In this document: positions 1 through 11,937 of the stretch, in pieces | Layout: each line of letters opens with the position of its first letter | How positions within the stretch are numbered: the first letter of the stretch is position 1 | DNA from: Octopus sinensis | Taxonomy: Eukaryota | Direction: 5' to 3' | Length of the DNA: 64,000 bases | Assembly: GCF_006345805.1 (NCBI RefSeq) | Contig: NC_043005.1 | Span: 99,696,001 to 99,760,000 of the forward strand | The notes under the pieces: generated by a model | What the model was told of the DNA's origin: nothing | Databases searched by the model: none | What the model saw: the letters and a program-made list of their open reading frames with translations, nothing else | Program-made: the position numbers and the translations under genes

Positions 1-934
1 AAAGGCCTCTCGCTCAAAGTAAAAGGCAGACTGTATGATGCATGTGTACGAACAGCCATGCTACATGGCAGTGAAACATGGGCCGTGACTGCTGAGGATA
101 TGTGTAAGCTCACAAGAAATGAAGCCAGTATGCTCTGATGGATGTGTAATGTCAGTGTTCATACTCGACAGAGTGTAAGTACCTTGAGAGAAAAGTTGGA
201 CCTAAGAAGCATCAGTTGTGGTGTGCAAGAGAGACATTTGCGCTGGTATGGTCATGTGGTGAGAATGGATGAAGATAGCTGTGTGAAAAAGTGCCACACC
301 CTAGCGGTTGAGGGAACCTTTAGATTAGGCAGACCCAGGAAAACCTGTGATGAAGTGGTGAAGCACGACCTTCGAACTTTAGGTCTCACTGAGGAAATGA
401 ATAGAGACCGAGACCTTTGGAAGTATGCTGTGCATGAGAAGACCCGGCAGGACAAGTGAGACCATAACCCGTGGCCTCTACCTGGGATGTAGCCAGTCCA
501 CTTATGCATACCTTTCCTTCTTGGGACACAAAACTCTACTTGTGAAGACCTGTTGAGGCAAGTGAAAATCCAAAATCAAAATCAAAATCGATCAACATCA
601 ATGGAAATTGCAGTTGCGATACCAGTGCTGGTGGTACATAAGAGAACCATCCGAATGTGGCTGTTGCTAGTGCCGCCCCGACTGGCCTCATGCCGGTGGC
701 ATGTAAAAAGCACCATCCGATCGTGGCCGTTGCCAGCTTTGCCTGGCCTCCGTGCCGGTGGCACGTAAAAAGCTCTCACTACACTCATGGAGTGGTTGGC
801 GTTAGGAAGGGCATCCAGCCGTAGAAACTTTGCCAGATCAGACTGGGCCTGGTGCAGCCATCTGGCTTCCCAGACCGCAGTTGAACCGTCCAACCCATAC
901 TAGCATGGAACACAGACGCTAAACAATGATGATG

Positions 935-936
<2 letters not shown>
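1..936 (+). mobile_element. RTE-clade LINE, 3' part (ORF2 C-terminus, 3'UTR and (TGA)n tail); runs off the window start
   Basis: Frame 1 reads KGLSLKVKGRLYDACVRTAMLHGSETW..ASML*WMCNV..LRWYGHVVRM..GRPRKT..W, the typical RTE post-RT C-terminus. It has an in-frame TGA at 136-138 and ends at 459. The 3'UTR has repeated GCCGGTGGCA(C/T)GTAAAA motifs and ends AAACAATGATGATGAT. Confidence 0.9.
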
Positions 937-970
<34 letters not shown>

Positions 971-1139
971 ATAGCCCCACTGCACACAGATTAACAGCCA
1001 CAACCACACACACACACGTGCTATCATTACACACACACACACGTGCTATCATTACACACACACACACATATACACACATACACCACACACACACACTCGG
1101 ACTTGCGCGCACGCACATACCCACACATACCTCCTTCTC

Positions 1140-1420
1140 TTGCACTCTCCTGTCTTTGAAAGAACTTTTTCTTCACCCATTCCCTTCTGGTCATTCAATA
1201 TGTGACCGCGTGTGTATTGTTGGCGATTTTTTTTTCCTCCATCTTCCTTTCCTTGGGTCTTTCCTTTTCCTATGTTTCTGATGAAGAGCTCCATTCGGAA
1301 CATTAAATCCTCCTTCTTTCTTTCCTTTCCTTTCCTGAGCATCCAATAACACTATATTTGTTCCATGTCTTCACATTGTTGTGTTTTCTCTTTGTGTTTT
1401 CATGTTTGGATTAACTATTT
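1140..1420 (+). mobile_element. Penelope-like terminal fragment with a degenerate hammerhead motif
   Basis: ttt-CTGATGA-a-gag..ttc-GGAA-CA-TT-aaa at 1275-1307, in a pyrimidine-rich segment between CA/TA microsatellites. Confidence 0.45.
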
Positions 1421-2080
1421 ATATGTATGTATATCTGTATATATGCATGTATGTACATATATATATATATATGTATATATATGTGTGTGAGTGTGTATAT
1501 ATAAATATATATATATATATATCATCACCATCATCATCCTTTAACACCTGTTATATGAATACATATACACACACATAAATAAAGATATATATATATATAT
1601 ACACATACATACATATATATACACACACACACACACATATATGCACACACACATACCACGACTTAATTATATTTTTCCATATATATTTCCTTTCTTATAA
1701 AGTGATGAATATACTAAGACACCTTTTGATAATAGTATAGGTTAACAAGTTTAAAAGCACAACTATAACAACTAGCATGGCCTTAAACTGCAGCAGAAGC
1801 ATAAAGAAGAAGGAGAGAGAGAGAGAGAGAGAGAGCCACAGGTGTGAATGGCACAAAAGTATCTTGTTGTACTTTCTATGGTACTGTACCCAAGCTGTTA
1901 AAGTCTGAAATGCAATTAGATGTGTCTTTTATGCCAATTTCTCATGTCTAACATTTATTTCATGTGTATTTCCTTCACTCCAAATTTGATTTCTATTTTT
2001 TACATTCCGTCTCTTTGTATTGAGTTCTTTATAAAAACAAACGAAAACTACATGAAAGGAAATAGCTGTATTTATTTTGT

Positions 2081-2308
2081 GGCAAGCTGGCAGAAACATT
2101 AGCATGCCAGGCAAACTGCTTAGCAGTATTTCGTCTGCCGCTACATTCTGAGTTCAAATTCTGCCGAGGTCGACTATGCCTTTCATCCTTTCGGGGTCGA
2201 TAAATTGAGTACCGGTTACACACTGGGGTCGATATAATCGACTTAATACCTATGTCTGTCCTTGTTTGCCCACTCTATGCTTAGCCCCTTGTGGGTAATA
2301 AAGAAATA
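2081..2308 (+). mobile_element. tRNA-derived SINE family A (Meta/MESC-like core)
   Basis: A-box-like TGGCAGAAACATTAGC, B-box GAGTTCAAATT and core GCCTTTCATCCTTTCGGGGTCGATAAA; 14-bp TSD TGTATTTATTTTGT at 2067-2080 and 2309-2322. Confidence 0.9.
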
Positions 2309-2587
2309 TGTATTTATTTTGTAGCTGTTCATTTTTACATTCATGTTTCATGCTAGCATAAGTTCGAAGAATATATTACGGAGCGATGGTTCCAATGCCA
2401 AATGTTCTTCTTACCACTTATCTGTTTTCCATGTAAGAGATGCTTTATTTCATACAACATCAAAGGAACAAAGCTTGTAGATGATTTGCCTACAGGAAAA
2501 GTGTCAACGACAATATAAGTCATTGCTCATCACTTTCAGAGAGTGCATATAAACACACACACACACACACTCACACACACATACAAC

Positions 2588-2911
2588 GGTAAAAACTCCC
2601 TTTGGTCACGAATGACCATGGGATTACACTTAGAAAGTTCCCCTCTGAGGAACATGTCTGGGCAAGGTTGTTTTTGTGGAAGACCACCCATGCATACCAG
2701 TCTCCCCTCTCCATGCCACCGATGTTGTCCAAGGGAAAGGCAAAGACCAATACAGCTTGGTACCAGTGGTGTTGCAACTGATTTCTACAACCAAGTAACT
2801 GGAGCAACACGGAATAAAGTGACTTGCTCAAGAGCACAACACACAGCCTGATCTGGGAGTTGAACTCACCACCTCATGATTGTGAGCCTGACGCACTCAC
2901 CACTGAGCCAT
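2588..2911 (-). mobile_element. tRNA-derived SINE family C
   Basis: Reverse complement matches the copies at 24251-24762 and 30000-30335 (head TGGCTCAGTGG..GAGTTCAA, body CTTGAGCAAG, tail CCCATGGTCATT). Confidence 0.85.
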
Positions 2912-2919
2912 AATTATAA

Positions 2920-2953
<34 letters not shown>

Positions 2954-2964
2954 GCATACATAGT

Positions 2965-3117
2965 GTGTTTCTTTTAGTTTCTATCTATGAAATTTATTCA
3001 CAAGGTTTTGCTTGGCCCCAGGGCTATAAGAGGAGACACTTGTACAAAATGCTGTGCAGGGGAACTGAAAATAAAACGATGTGGTTGGAAAGGAAAGTCC
3101 TCAATCACTCAGTCGTA
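2965..3117 (-). mobile_element. SINE family B head, diverged
   Basis: Degenerate match to the family B copies (CACAAGG.TTTG..CTATA..AGACACTTG..GAACTGAA..ATGTGGTTGG). Confidence 0.7.
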
Positions 3118-3146
3118 TCTATCCTTTTTTTTTATTTATTCCAAAC

Positions 3147-3364
3147 AAGGTGGCGAGCTGGCAGAAGCATTAGCATGCTGGGCAAAATGCTTAGCAGTAT
3201 TTCGTCTGCCGCTACGTTCCGAGTTCAAATTCTGCCGAGGTCGACTTTGCCTTTCATCCTTTCGGGGTCAACAAATTAAGTACCAGTTGCATACTGGGAG
3301 CAATCTAATCGACTGGACCCCTCCCCTAAAATTTCAGGCCTTGTGCCTAGAGCAGAAAAGATTT
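3147..3364 (+). mobile_element. SINE family A
   Basis: Full head and core; TTTATTCCAAAC is duplicated on both flanks. Confidence 0.9.
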
Positions 3365-3861
3365 TTTATTCCAAACTGATTGAACAATGCCCTGCTTTTT
3401 AAACCTCTCTTCTACATGGAGTTGATAAGAAATGGTTGGCTGGAATGGTTAAATAATTTGGTAACATTTTTACACCATATTTTGTTCTTTAATCATTTTG
3501 CATCAGTCAAAAAAGTTATTTGAGATATCTTCCTCCCGAAAATTTGCCAATTTAGAGATTAGACAGCTCATATTGGTGTGAGAAATTATGGGGGAAATAT
3601 TTCATGGAACTTGATGATATACAACTGAAATTATATTTAATAAACAGGAAACAATAAACAAATAAATAAAAATGTCCAAGAAATTGGAACCATTATGCAG
3701 AATGATCAGCAAAAATAGAATCTAATGTTGCAGTGGAATATGTTGTTTTGTTTTGGAAAATGTATACAGGAAAACGAGAAAAAGTCTATTGATAATTTCA
3801 TCAACAGCTTTCAAAGTCAGTTAGTTCTCTCATCTTGACATTCTCACCTTAAGAATATTAA

Positions 3862-3897
3862 GATAATAATAATAATGATGATGATGATGATGATGAT

Positions 3898-3932
<35 letters not shown>

Positions 3933-3994
3933 TAATAATAATGATAATAATAATAATAATGATAATGATAATAATGATAATAATAATAATAACA

Positions 3995-4058
<64 letters not shown>

Positions 4059-4098
4059 TAATAATAATAATAATGATAATAATAATAATAATAATATA
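3862..4098. repeat. (AAT)n/(ATG)n compound microsatellite
   Basis: Directly visible. Confidence 0.97.
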
Positions 4099-5519
4099 AA
4101 GAATGAGTAAAAGAAAAATGAAGATCTTAGCTAGAAATTTGCCGATAACTTTCTGTAAATAATCAATATTTTATCACCTGTGTAAACCTGTGCCATTACA
4201 CCTAAACTTGCCTAACAAGATTTAGTCATCTTCTTCTTATAATTCTTCCCCGCCTCTTATATAGCCACAAGAAGCAACTGAAATATTGCCTTACACAACA
4301 AACTGAGGTTACCACTGGTTGTTAGATTGCTGCATATTTTATAGATCTACTTGAAATTCCAGTGAATGTCTTCAAGTTACCAAAACTTTGCATCATCTGA
4401 TTAGTAAATGGGTTAAAGCGTTTGTCAAATTATTTGATTAATTTATCTATTTATTTGTCAAATTCGCTCTACACTGTCTAAAAGCAGTACAGACTGGTTT
4501 AACGGAAGCAAAAATATCAAACCCTTGTATAACCTGCTCATTTTCTTGTTGTGAATGTATAGTTCCTGAAAGTACAACACCAATAATTATTCACTACCAT
4601 ATGACCCGGTGTTGCCGTGTCTAGAGCTAGTGCTTGTTGTTCGTTGCTGGGTCGCAGTAAAAATTTCTCACTAAATCAAGAGCTAAGTTTCTTATCACAT
4701 TTCACCCTGGGTCAGTTTTGTTGTTTATGAGATAGTTGGAGCTTTTTATTAGAGTAATTAATAATCATTGGACTTTGGTTTTCACACCTGGAATGGTATA
4801 TACATGGAAAATTAGCAGGACTGTGCCCATGCCATTAATCAGACAAAATAGGAGGCAGAAGAAAGCAAAAAACTGGAATTTGGCAGAAAAATAACTTATG
4901 GGCATAAGGGGTCGGTTTATCAATTTTTTAATGGCTTTCTGGGAGACTGGGGAACTGAAATGATCTTCATGACCACCCTCAGACAGTTTTGAAAGCCCAT
5001 AGAAAATGCGAGCCTGTTATGTGAAAAACTGTGGATTTGTATAAAGGACACACAGATACACAGACGTTTTGCTGTTTATAGATATAGAGATTATTCGGAT
5101 ATTCAGTGCCTGAGATTCTTCATTCTTGAATAACCAAATTTTATGACTGAGCACTATCATATTTAACATTATGCATGTGAAACAATCACTACTAGCCAGA
5201 ATAGAACCCAGGATTACTGATATCATGGATTACAATGGAAATCAACAAATCTTTGCTGCAGACTCCATAAAGTACTAGGTCGAACACCTTGCAATATTTC
5301 TTCTGTGATCTGAGTTCAAATCCCAATAGAATCAATTTTGCCTCCCATCCTTTGAGAGTAATAAATATGTACCCTGTAGTTTTTTTGTCTCTTAGTGTTT
5401 CTTCTGAGATCTCCATTTCCAACACCACTGGGAGGTGGCCCTCAAAGTCGCTGGAAATGGAGATCTCCAGGTCCAAATTCTTGGACGGCTGCAAGACACA
5501 CAAACATATACATAAATAA

Positions 5520-5554
<35 letters not shown>

Positions 5555-5556
<2 letters not shown>

Positions 5557-5720
5557 ACAGGCTTCTTTCAGTTACCATCTACTAAATCCACTCACAAGAC
5601 TTTGGTCGGCCTGAGGCTATAGTAGAATATAGTTGCCCAAGGTACCACACAGTGGGACTGAACCCAGAACCATGTGGTTGGTAAGCAAGCTACTTACCAC
5701 ACAGCCACTCCTGCACCTGT

Positions 5721-5753
<33 letters not shown>

Positions 5754-5927
5754 CAACAGGCTTCTTTCAGTTACCATCTACTAAATCCACTCACAAGACT
5801 TTGGTCGGCCTGAGGCTATAGTAGAATATAGTTGCCCAAGGTACCACACAGTGGGACTGAACCCAGAACCATGTGGTTGGTAAGCAAGCTACTTACCACA
5901 CAGCCACTCCTGCACCTGTTATATATA

Positions 5928-5990
<63 letters not shown>

Positions 5991-6188
5991 ATATATATAT
6001 ATTATATATATATATACATATATACGACAGGCTTCTTTCAGTTTCCGTCTACCAAATCCACTCACAAGGCTTTGGTCGGCCCAAGGCTATAGTAGAAGAC
6101 ACTTGCCCAAGGTGCGAAACAGTGGGATTGAACCCAGAACCATGTGGTTGGTAAGCAAGCTACATACCACACAGCCACTCCTACGCCT
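5555..6188 (-). mobile_element. Three tandem SINE family B heads separated by (TA)n; the first two form a 199-bp duplication
   Basis: Copies start at about 5555, 5754 and 6024. Copies 1 and 2 share private variants (GAATATAGTTG, CACAAGACTTTG) that copy 3 lacks. Confidence 0.9.
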
Positions 6189-6848
6189 ATATATATATAT
6201 ATAAATATATATATATATAATTCATATAAATATAGTGTACATTTAATCACATAAGAGGTATCCATCATAGGATTCCTTTCATGCTATATATATATATAAA
6301 TCAAAATGAGGGTGAAAAATTGGATATTAATTTGATAACATCAATTTTAACACCAGTGGTCTAGCATATAAAAAAAAACTGAGATTCAGCAAATAGTATT
6401 TCATACATAAACATAAGTGGGGATTTTTTAAACTTCTAGGTGGAAACCCTTATGCTAGAAGAAGATCCGCTATGGTCTTAACCACTAAGAATTGTTCTCC
6501 AGAAAAATTTAGCACACCAGAAACATAAGCAAGCAAGACAAATGAAAAGTAACAAATATATATATATAATATACTCTTGAGTTCTTGAGTTTGTAGTTTG
6601 TTCAGAAGAGTAAAATTCTTAGCCCCATCAATCTTTATAGTCCTTTGCAGTCTTCTTGAAGACATGGTTTATAAATTTGATTATAAAATTGTAAGCTGTA
6701 AACTTCTCAATTCTACCTCTGACAGTGAACATCCTAATACGCCACCTTCCCCATGATTCACAAGGCATAAAACAGAATCTGACAGAGAAACATTGTTAAA
6801 CAAAAGCTGTATCTTGAGTAGAATTCCCTACAGGATTAGGTGATTAAT

Positions 6849-7045
6849 AATGGTTTCAAATTTTGGCACAAGGCCTGCAATTTCAAGGGAGTGGGTAAAT
6901 TGATTACACTGACTCCAGTTTTATTAACCCCAAAATGATGAAAGGCAAAGCTGACCTTAGTGGAATTTGAACTCACAGTGTAAAGATGGACAAAATTCCA
7001 CTGAATATGTTACCTGGTGCGCTAACGTTCTGCCAGTTTGCCAAT
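6849..7045 (-). mobile_element. SINE family A, diverged
   Basis: Reverse-complement core GATGAAAGGCAAAG..GGAATTTGAACTC. Confidence 0.8.
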
Positions 7046-7184
7046 AATGGAAAGAGTATTAATGTCACAACACAATACATCTATCAACACAGACAGCAAA
7101 ACTAGACACAACTTGAAGCCACTTCCTCACAGCTGAAAGTAAAAGCCACAAATTTAGCTCCTTTGGTATATTACATCAAAGATA

Positions 7185-7333
7185 AGCATAGGAGTGGCTG
7201 TGTGGTAAGTAGCTTGCTTACCAGTCCCACTGCATCGCACCTTGGGCAGGTGTCTTCTACTATAGCCTTGGGCTGACCAAAGCCTTGTGAGTGGATTTGG
7301 TAGACGGAAACTGAAAGAAGCCTGTCGTATATA

Positions 7334-7380
<47 letters not shown>

Positions 7381-7389
7381 TATATATAC

Positions 7390-7432
<43 letters not shown>

Positions 7433-7620
7433 CGTCTGTGTTTGTCCCCCCCAACATCGCTTGACAACTGATGCTGGTGTGTTTACGTCCCCATAACTTA
7501 GTGGTTCGGCAAAAATGACCGATAGAATAAGTACTAGGCTTACAAAGAAGAAGTCCTGGGGTCAATATGCTCGACTAAAGGCAGTGCTCCAGCATGACTG
7601 AAACAAGTAAAAGAGTAAAG
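7185..7620 (+). mobile_element. SINE family B, near full length with an internal TA/TG microsatellite (resembles octopus OR-type SINEs)
   Basis: Head GGAGTGGCTGTGTGGTAAG, CORE-like CCTTGGGCAGGTGTC, internal microsatellite, tail GACTGAAACAAGTAAAAGAG. Confidence 0.88.
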
Positions 7621-8075
7621 AAAGTGCAGGACAAGGTTTGGTGTTTTCAATTGTTTTGATGGAAGATTAACAATTTTGCATGCAAGTCTCCTAATTCCAT
7701 GCCCCCAATGTATGCTCTATGGATATGGCATGGCCATTGCAGTGTAACACAGTTGATGTTGCAGATGTTGCCGTCAGAATACACAAAGATGGATCAGATA
7801 TTGCAAGACAACCGATTCTGTAGGATGTACTCAAAGTTCTGCCAGTCCATCACCTCCAAGAGAATGAAAGGCTAAGTTGACCTTGGAGTATAAAAACAAA
7901 TACCACAAGGCATTCTATCTCATACTCTGATGACTCTGCCAACTCACTTGTGCACGCATGTGTGTGTGTGTGTACACTCATGCATGAAGTCTATTTTGGT
8001 ATTGTAACTGTAAAAACCACTCGTGTTTATATGGAATGCATAAAACAAGTGATACAAAAAGAACTTCTGCTGTTA

Positions 8076-8470
8076 TCTCTCTCTATATATAAAGCTGAAG
8101 TTGTCTGTGTGTGGCAGGTTTGGTAGCCTTCAACTAACACTATCTCCTCTGAGACCCTGCGACACAAGTTGACCAAAATTGCGAGTATGATAGAAGAAGG
8201 CTTGCTCTTTATTCCGTAGGAGAAAAAATTCAAATCGGACTATGTTAAGACCAAAAATTATTTACATAAAAAAGGTGCTTTTTTTCTATGAAAATCCCTA
8301 TTTTTTATGATTTTTTTTACTGCTGTGTTGCCACTTTTCGGTGAATTTCGACCAGAAAAATGTTCACTTAAAGAGAATAACAAGCTACATAATGCCAAAT
8401 TTTTACTTTTCAAAAATTCCAATTCTAAAGGGTTGAAACAAACCCGAGCAACGCCAGACGATACAGCTAG
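8076..8470 (+). mobile_element. Non-autonomous Helitron
   Basis: Begins with TC after host A (8075). Ends with CTAG (8467-8470) before host T, preceded by a decayed GC hairpin CCCGAGCAACGCCAGAC. No TSD. Confidence 0.8.
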
Positions 8471-8519
8471 TTTTGTGATAAACACAACTGATGGATCATT
8501 TATGTTCTGTTAACAAGTA

Positions 8520-8639
8520 CCACTACGCTCTGTAAAGTGCTTGGCATTAGGAAGGGCATCGAACTATAGAAACGAAACCAAAACTGCCAGTTCTTGTCAA
8601 GTCGTCCAACCATTGCCAGCATGGAAGAACCAGCATTAA

Positions 8640-8675
<36 letters not shown>
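8520..8675 (+). mobile_element. 5'-truncated RTE 3' tail
   Basis: TTGGCATTAGGAAGGGCATC..GCCAGCATGGAA..TTAAA(TGA)n, homologous to 780-936. Confidence 0.8.
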
Positions 8676-9899
8676 GCAGAAGATCAAGAAGAAACTGTAT
8701 GGTGGAGAAAGCTCTACAGGTAGCAGAAGAATGCTATTTATAACCAGGCTAAAAGGGAGCACCTAGGTGGTCACTTGGTTTTAAAGAAATAGCACCCAAG
8801 TGTCCCTCAATGTACACTGTCATGTTATTAAAGCTGATATTCAATGCTGAAGAGAAGCATGAAATGGTTCCAGACAGAACAACTGTGATCAGAGATACTC
8901 TTGCTCAGTAGTGATAGTCATGTCAGGCAAGATTATAACATTGTCTTTATAGCAAGTGACCAGTGAATACAGACTTGGTCTAAGTAAACATGGGAGGTGG
9001 TGGTGGGGGGGATGGTAAGAAAGTACCGTTTGCAGCCTCATAGAATATGGGCTGCAAATGGCACTTTCTCATAGAATATGGAAAGGACTTGGAGAAGGTT
9101 GTCTTGGTAAACTTATCCACTACTGCTAGAAGAAGAAAACTGAGTCTGATGATGAATATGGGGAGAAAGAAAGGTACATACTTGGACACATGCAAATACG
9201 CATGCACACACACACGATTTTCCGCAAGTAAGGTATAACTTAACATTGTGTGCACATGTGTGAGTATATGCACGTGTGCATGTGTGTGTATATGTATGTG
9301 TGCATGTGTGTATATACATGTCTGTCTGTCTATCTATCATTTTATATATCTATCTTTATATTCATCTAACTGTCTGTCTGTCTGTATGTCTGCTTATGAA
9401 AAAGGTATATATATGAAAAAAGTAGAGAAATATCAGGAGACAGAGATGGGTGGAGGAAGAAAAGAGGAGAGCAAGAGGCAGATGGAGAGAGAGAGAGATA
9501 GAGAGAGCGAAAAAGAGAGAGAGTGGTGACATGTTTTTGTCCATGCCATCTTGGTAAGAGTCTAAAGTAATAGTGTAGTAATTACACAGAGGATTGTTGA
9601 AGACACAACACAAAGAAATTTCTTATGAAAATAATTAAATCTACTTGAAGAATACTTCAAACAAGTTATTCAAAAACATTAAAGAATCAATTTTACCATT
9701 CATTTATTCACTTTTACATCAAACTTTTTTCTTGTAATAACCAGAAGTTGTTATTCTTCATTTGTTGCATTGTCTTCCATGTTTGCACTGGACAAACAAC
9801 CGCATTTCTGTGCACCTTGGATATGTGCAGTGTTTGTTTTAATTTTATATTTTTTATTTCAGTGAAAATTTTCTAAGTAATATGTCCTTAGTGCCTTCG

Positions 9900-10110
9900 G
9901 TTGGTGAGCTGGCAGAATTGTGAGCAAGTTGGGCAAAAGTCATAGCAGCATTTTCTCCTGTCTTTGCACTCTGTGTTCAAATCCTGCTGAAGTCATCTTT
10001 GCCTTTCATTCTTTTTGAGGTCGATAAAATATCAGTTGAACACTGGGAATTATTGTAATCAACTTACTCTCTCCCTAAAATTGCTGGCCTTGTGCCAATA
10101 TTTGAAACCA
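9900..10110 (+). mobile_element. SINE family A, diverged
   Basis: GAGCTGGCAGAAT..GTTCAAATCC..GCCTTTCATTC..GGTCGATAAA. Confidence 0.8.
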
Positions 10111-10111
10111 A

Positions 10112-10578
10112 TATGTCTTCAGTTCCCAGTAATGTAATTTTCTGTATGTTGGACATTGTGTCATGTATTTGTCTGCATGTCTTTTGATCCCTTCCAAGGC
10201 CCTTATTATTATAGCTCTGTACCTGGCCCCATATTCAGTGTAGCTCTTTTCCAGGTCTGTATATCTGGATGATTGCTCCATGGTTTTCTTTTCAAGAAGA
10301 TATATTATTGATTGTTGGGGTCAATACTTTGATTAGGAGGTATTTCTGGTGGTCCTTGATCACAATATCTGGTCAGCTAGCTGCTTTGACTGCTCTGTCT
10401 GTGTGGATTGCTATATCCCATATCATGCTCCCTTTTAAATCTCTGTTGTTTTTTAGTAGTTCTCTTTATATATCTAACCCCAACTTTCTGTGTATGAGGG
10501 ACATAAATGTGTTGTGTATTTATCAGCTTTGGGATGGCGTTTCCAAGAACCATTGTTCATAGTTTCCTGGTTATTTCT
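10112..10578 (-). mobile_element. R4/Dong-type LINE fragment (restriction-like endonuclease region), degenerate
   Basis: Minus strand reads SMIWDIAIHTDRAVKAA..PDIVIKD and IIIRALEGIKRHADKY, homologous to the element at 42934-44488. Confidence 0.75.
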
Positions 10579-10584
10579 GCTTAA

Positions 10585-11163
10585 CCCTTCGTTACCATAT
10601 TTCTATTGAAATACATTAACTTTGTTACCTCCAACTTAGCAAAGGCAGAGGTATTGTTTTCAGTATTGTTTGTTTGTTTTTTTTGTCCATGGACAAGAAC
10701 CATTTGATGGATTCAGATGAAACTTTCAGGGATGCTTGGCCTCATGACTGGCACAAACTGATTAGATTTTGGGATCGATCTGGTTCCAGACGAGGATTCT
10801 GGATTATTTTTCCTGTTTTTTTTTACTTAATTTTTGAGAGCGGTCAGGTTCATTTTTTAGTATTCTCGTTTGTGAGAGCAGTCGAGTTTATTTCAGATAT
10901 TCTCGTTTTAAAAACAACCTCTGGCTAATCATTGAGAGGACGTTGGTGTTGCCTTGGCGGAGGTTTGCGTTCTCTGAGAGCTCTTGTTTCAATTAATTTT
11001 GAAAATAATAAAGAATCAAGGAAAATAACTATCATTATGAAACTAGTGTTTGGAACTAAATGACACAAAATTTTGATGGAAGGTTTCAATTTTGATCAGT
11101 ATAAAACAAGAAGTTTATTTCGTAGAACTAAGTATGGTTTCAGGCAGGTTGTGATTAAAAGGG
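10585..11163 (+). mobile_element. piggyBac-type TTAA MITE, interrupted by a Helentron-like insertion
   Basis: TTAA|CCCTTCGTTACC ... AAAAGGG|TTAA; body homologous (in reverse) to 34165-34385. Confidence 0.8.
10625..10987 (+). mobile_element. Non-autonomous Helentron/DINE-like element
   Basis: 5' TTACCTCC..GGCAGAGGTATTGTTTTC and 3' CCTTGGCGGAGGT (sub-terminal inverted repeat) followed by a short hairpin; inserted in a T-rich site with no TSD. Confidence 0.75.
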
Positions 11164-11409
11164 TTAAGCTCTTAAATTCACTTGACTTACAATTGAAGCT
11201 TAAAATCAATTTGAATCAGGTCTGAATTTACTAACGACGCAAATCTAATTAAATCAGGCTTTAATTTATTAAAAATTTCCCTGACATCTACTGGCAGAAT
11301 GTACTATAGCACTTTATGGGATGTATATAGTAGTAGTCACAGATAACAATTTCAGAACTTTGTGAAGATTAAACCATTTCTACTGTAAAACTATTATTTA
11401 CATCAAATA

Positions 11410-11610
11410 AGGCAGTGAGCTAGTGGAATTGTTAGAGACAGATAGAACGCTTAGTGGCATTTCTTCCAGTTCTTAATGTGCTAGGTTCAAATTCTATCTT
11501 TCGACCTTTCATTCTTTGGGGGGTTTAATAAAATAAGTACCAGTTGAACACTGGGGTTGATGTAATCGATTTATTTCCTTCCTTAAAAAAGGCTGGCTTT
11601 GTGCCACTAT
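11410..11610 (+). mobile_element. SINE family A, diverged
   Basis: GGCAGTGAGCTAG..GGTTCAAATT..CCTTTCATTCTTTGGGGG..AAGTACCAG. Confidence 0.75.
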
Positions 11611-11893
11611 CACCAAAAAAATGTAAAGCAACAGCAACTGTTCAGATGGTGTTATTATGAATTGATCTGTGCAGTCTGAAAAGGCCTCCAATAAAGCATG
11701 GGCACTCTCCTTTTCTTCAGACGAAACCAATGAGAAATAAATAAATAAACAAATTAGTTGCACTTGTTATAAGTTCACATTAATTTCAGTTTAACTTGGA
11801 AATTAATTAAAAAGTATTAAACTACGACTGAAAGAGTTAATGACTTCTTTACTTCTCTCTGTCTTTCTTCTTTCACTGTGTCTTTCTTTGGTA

Positions 11894-11937
<44 letters not shown>

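Noticed and set aside
2081-2160. tRNA genes at SINE heads (A/B boxes)
   Set aside because: No complete cloverleaf; each head continues into a SINE body repeated many times.
8845-8875. CTGAAGA..GAAA motif
   Set aside because: No stem II or stem I can form; it appears to lie in an old repeat tail.
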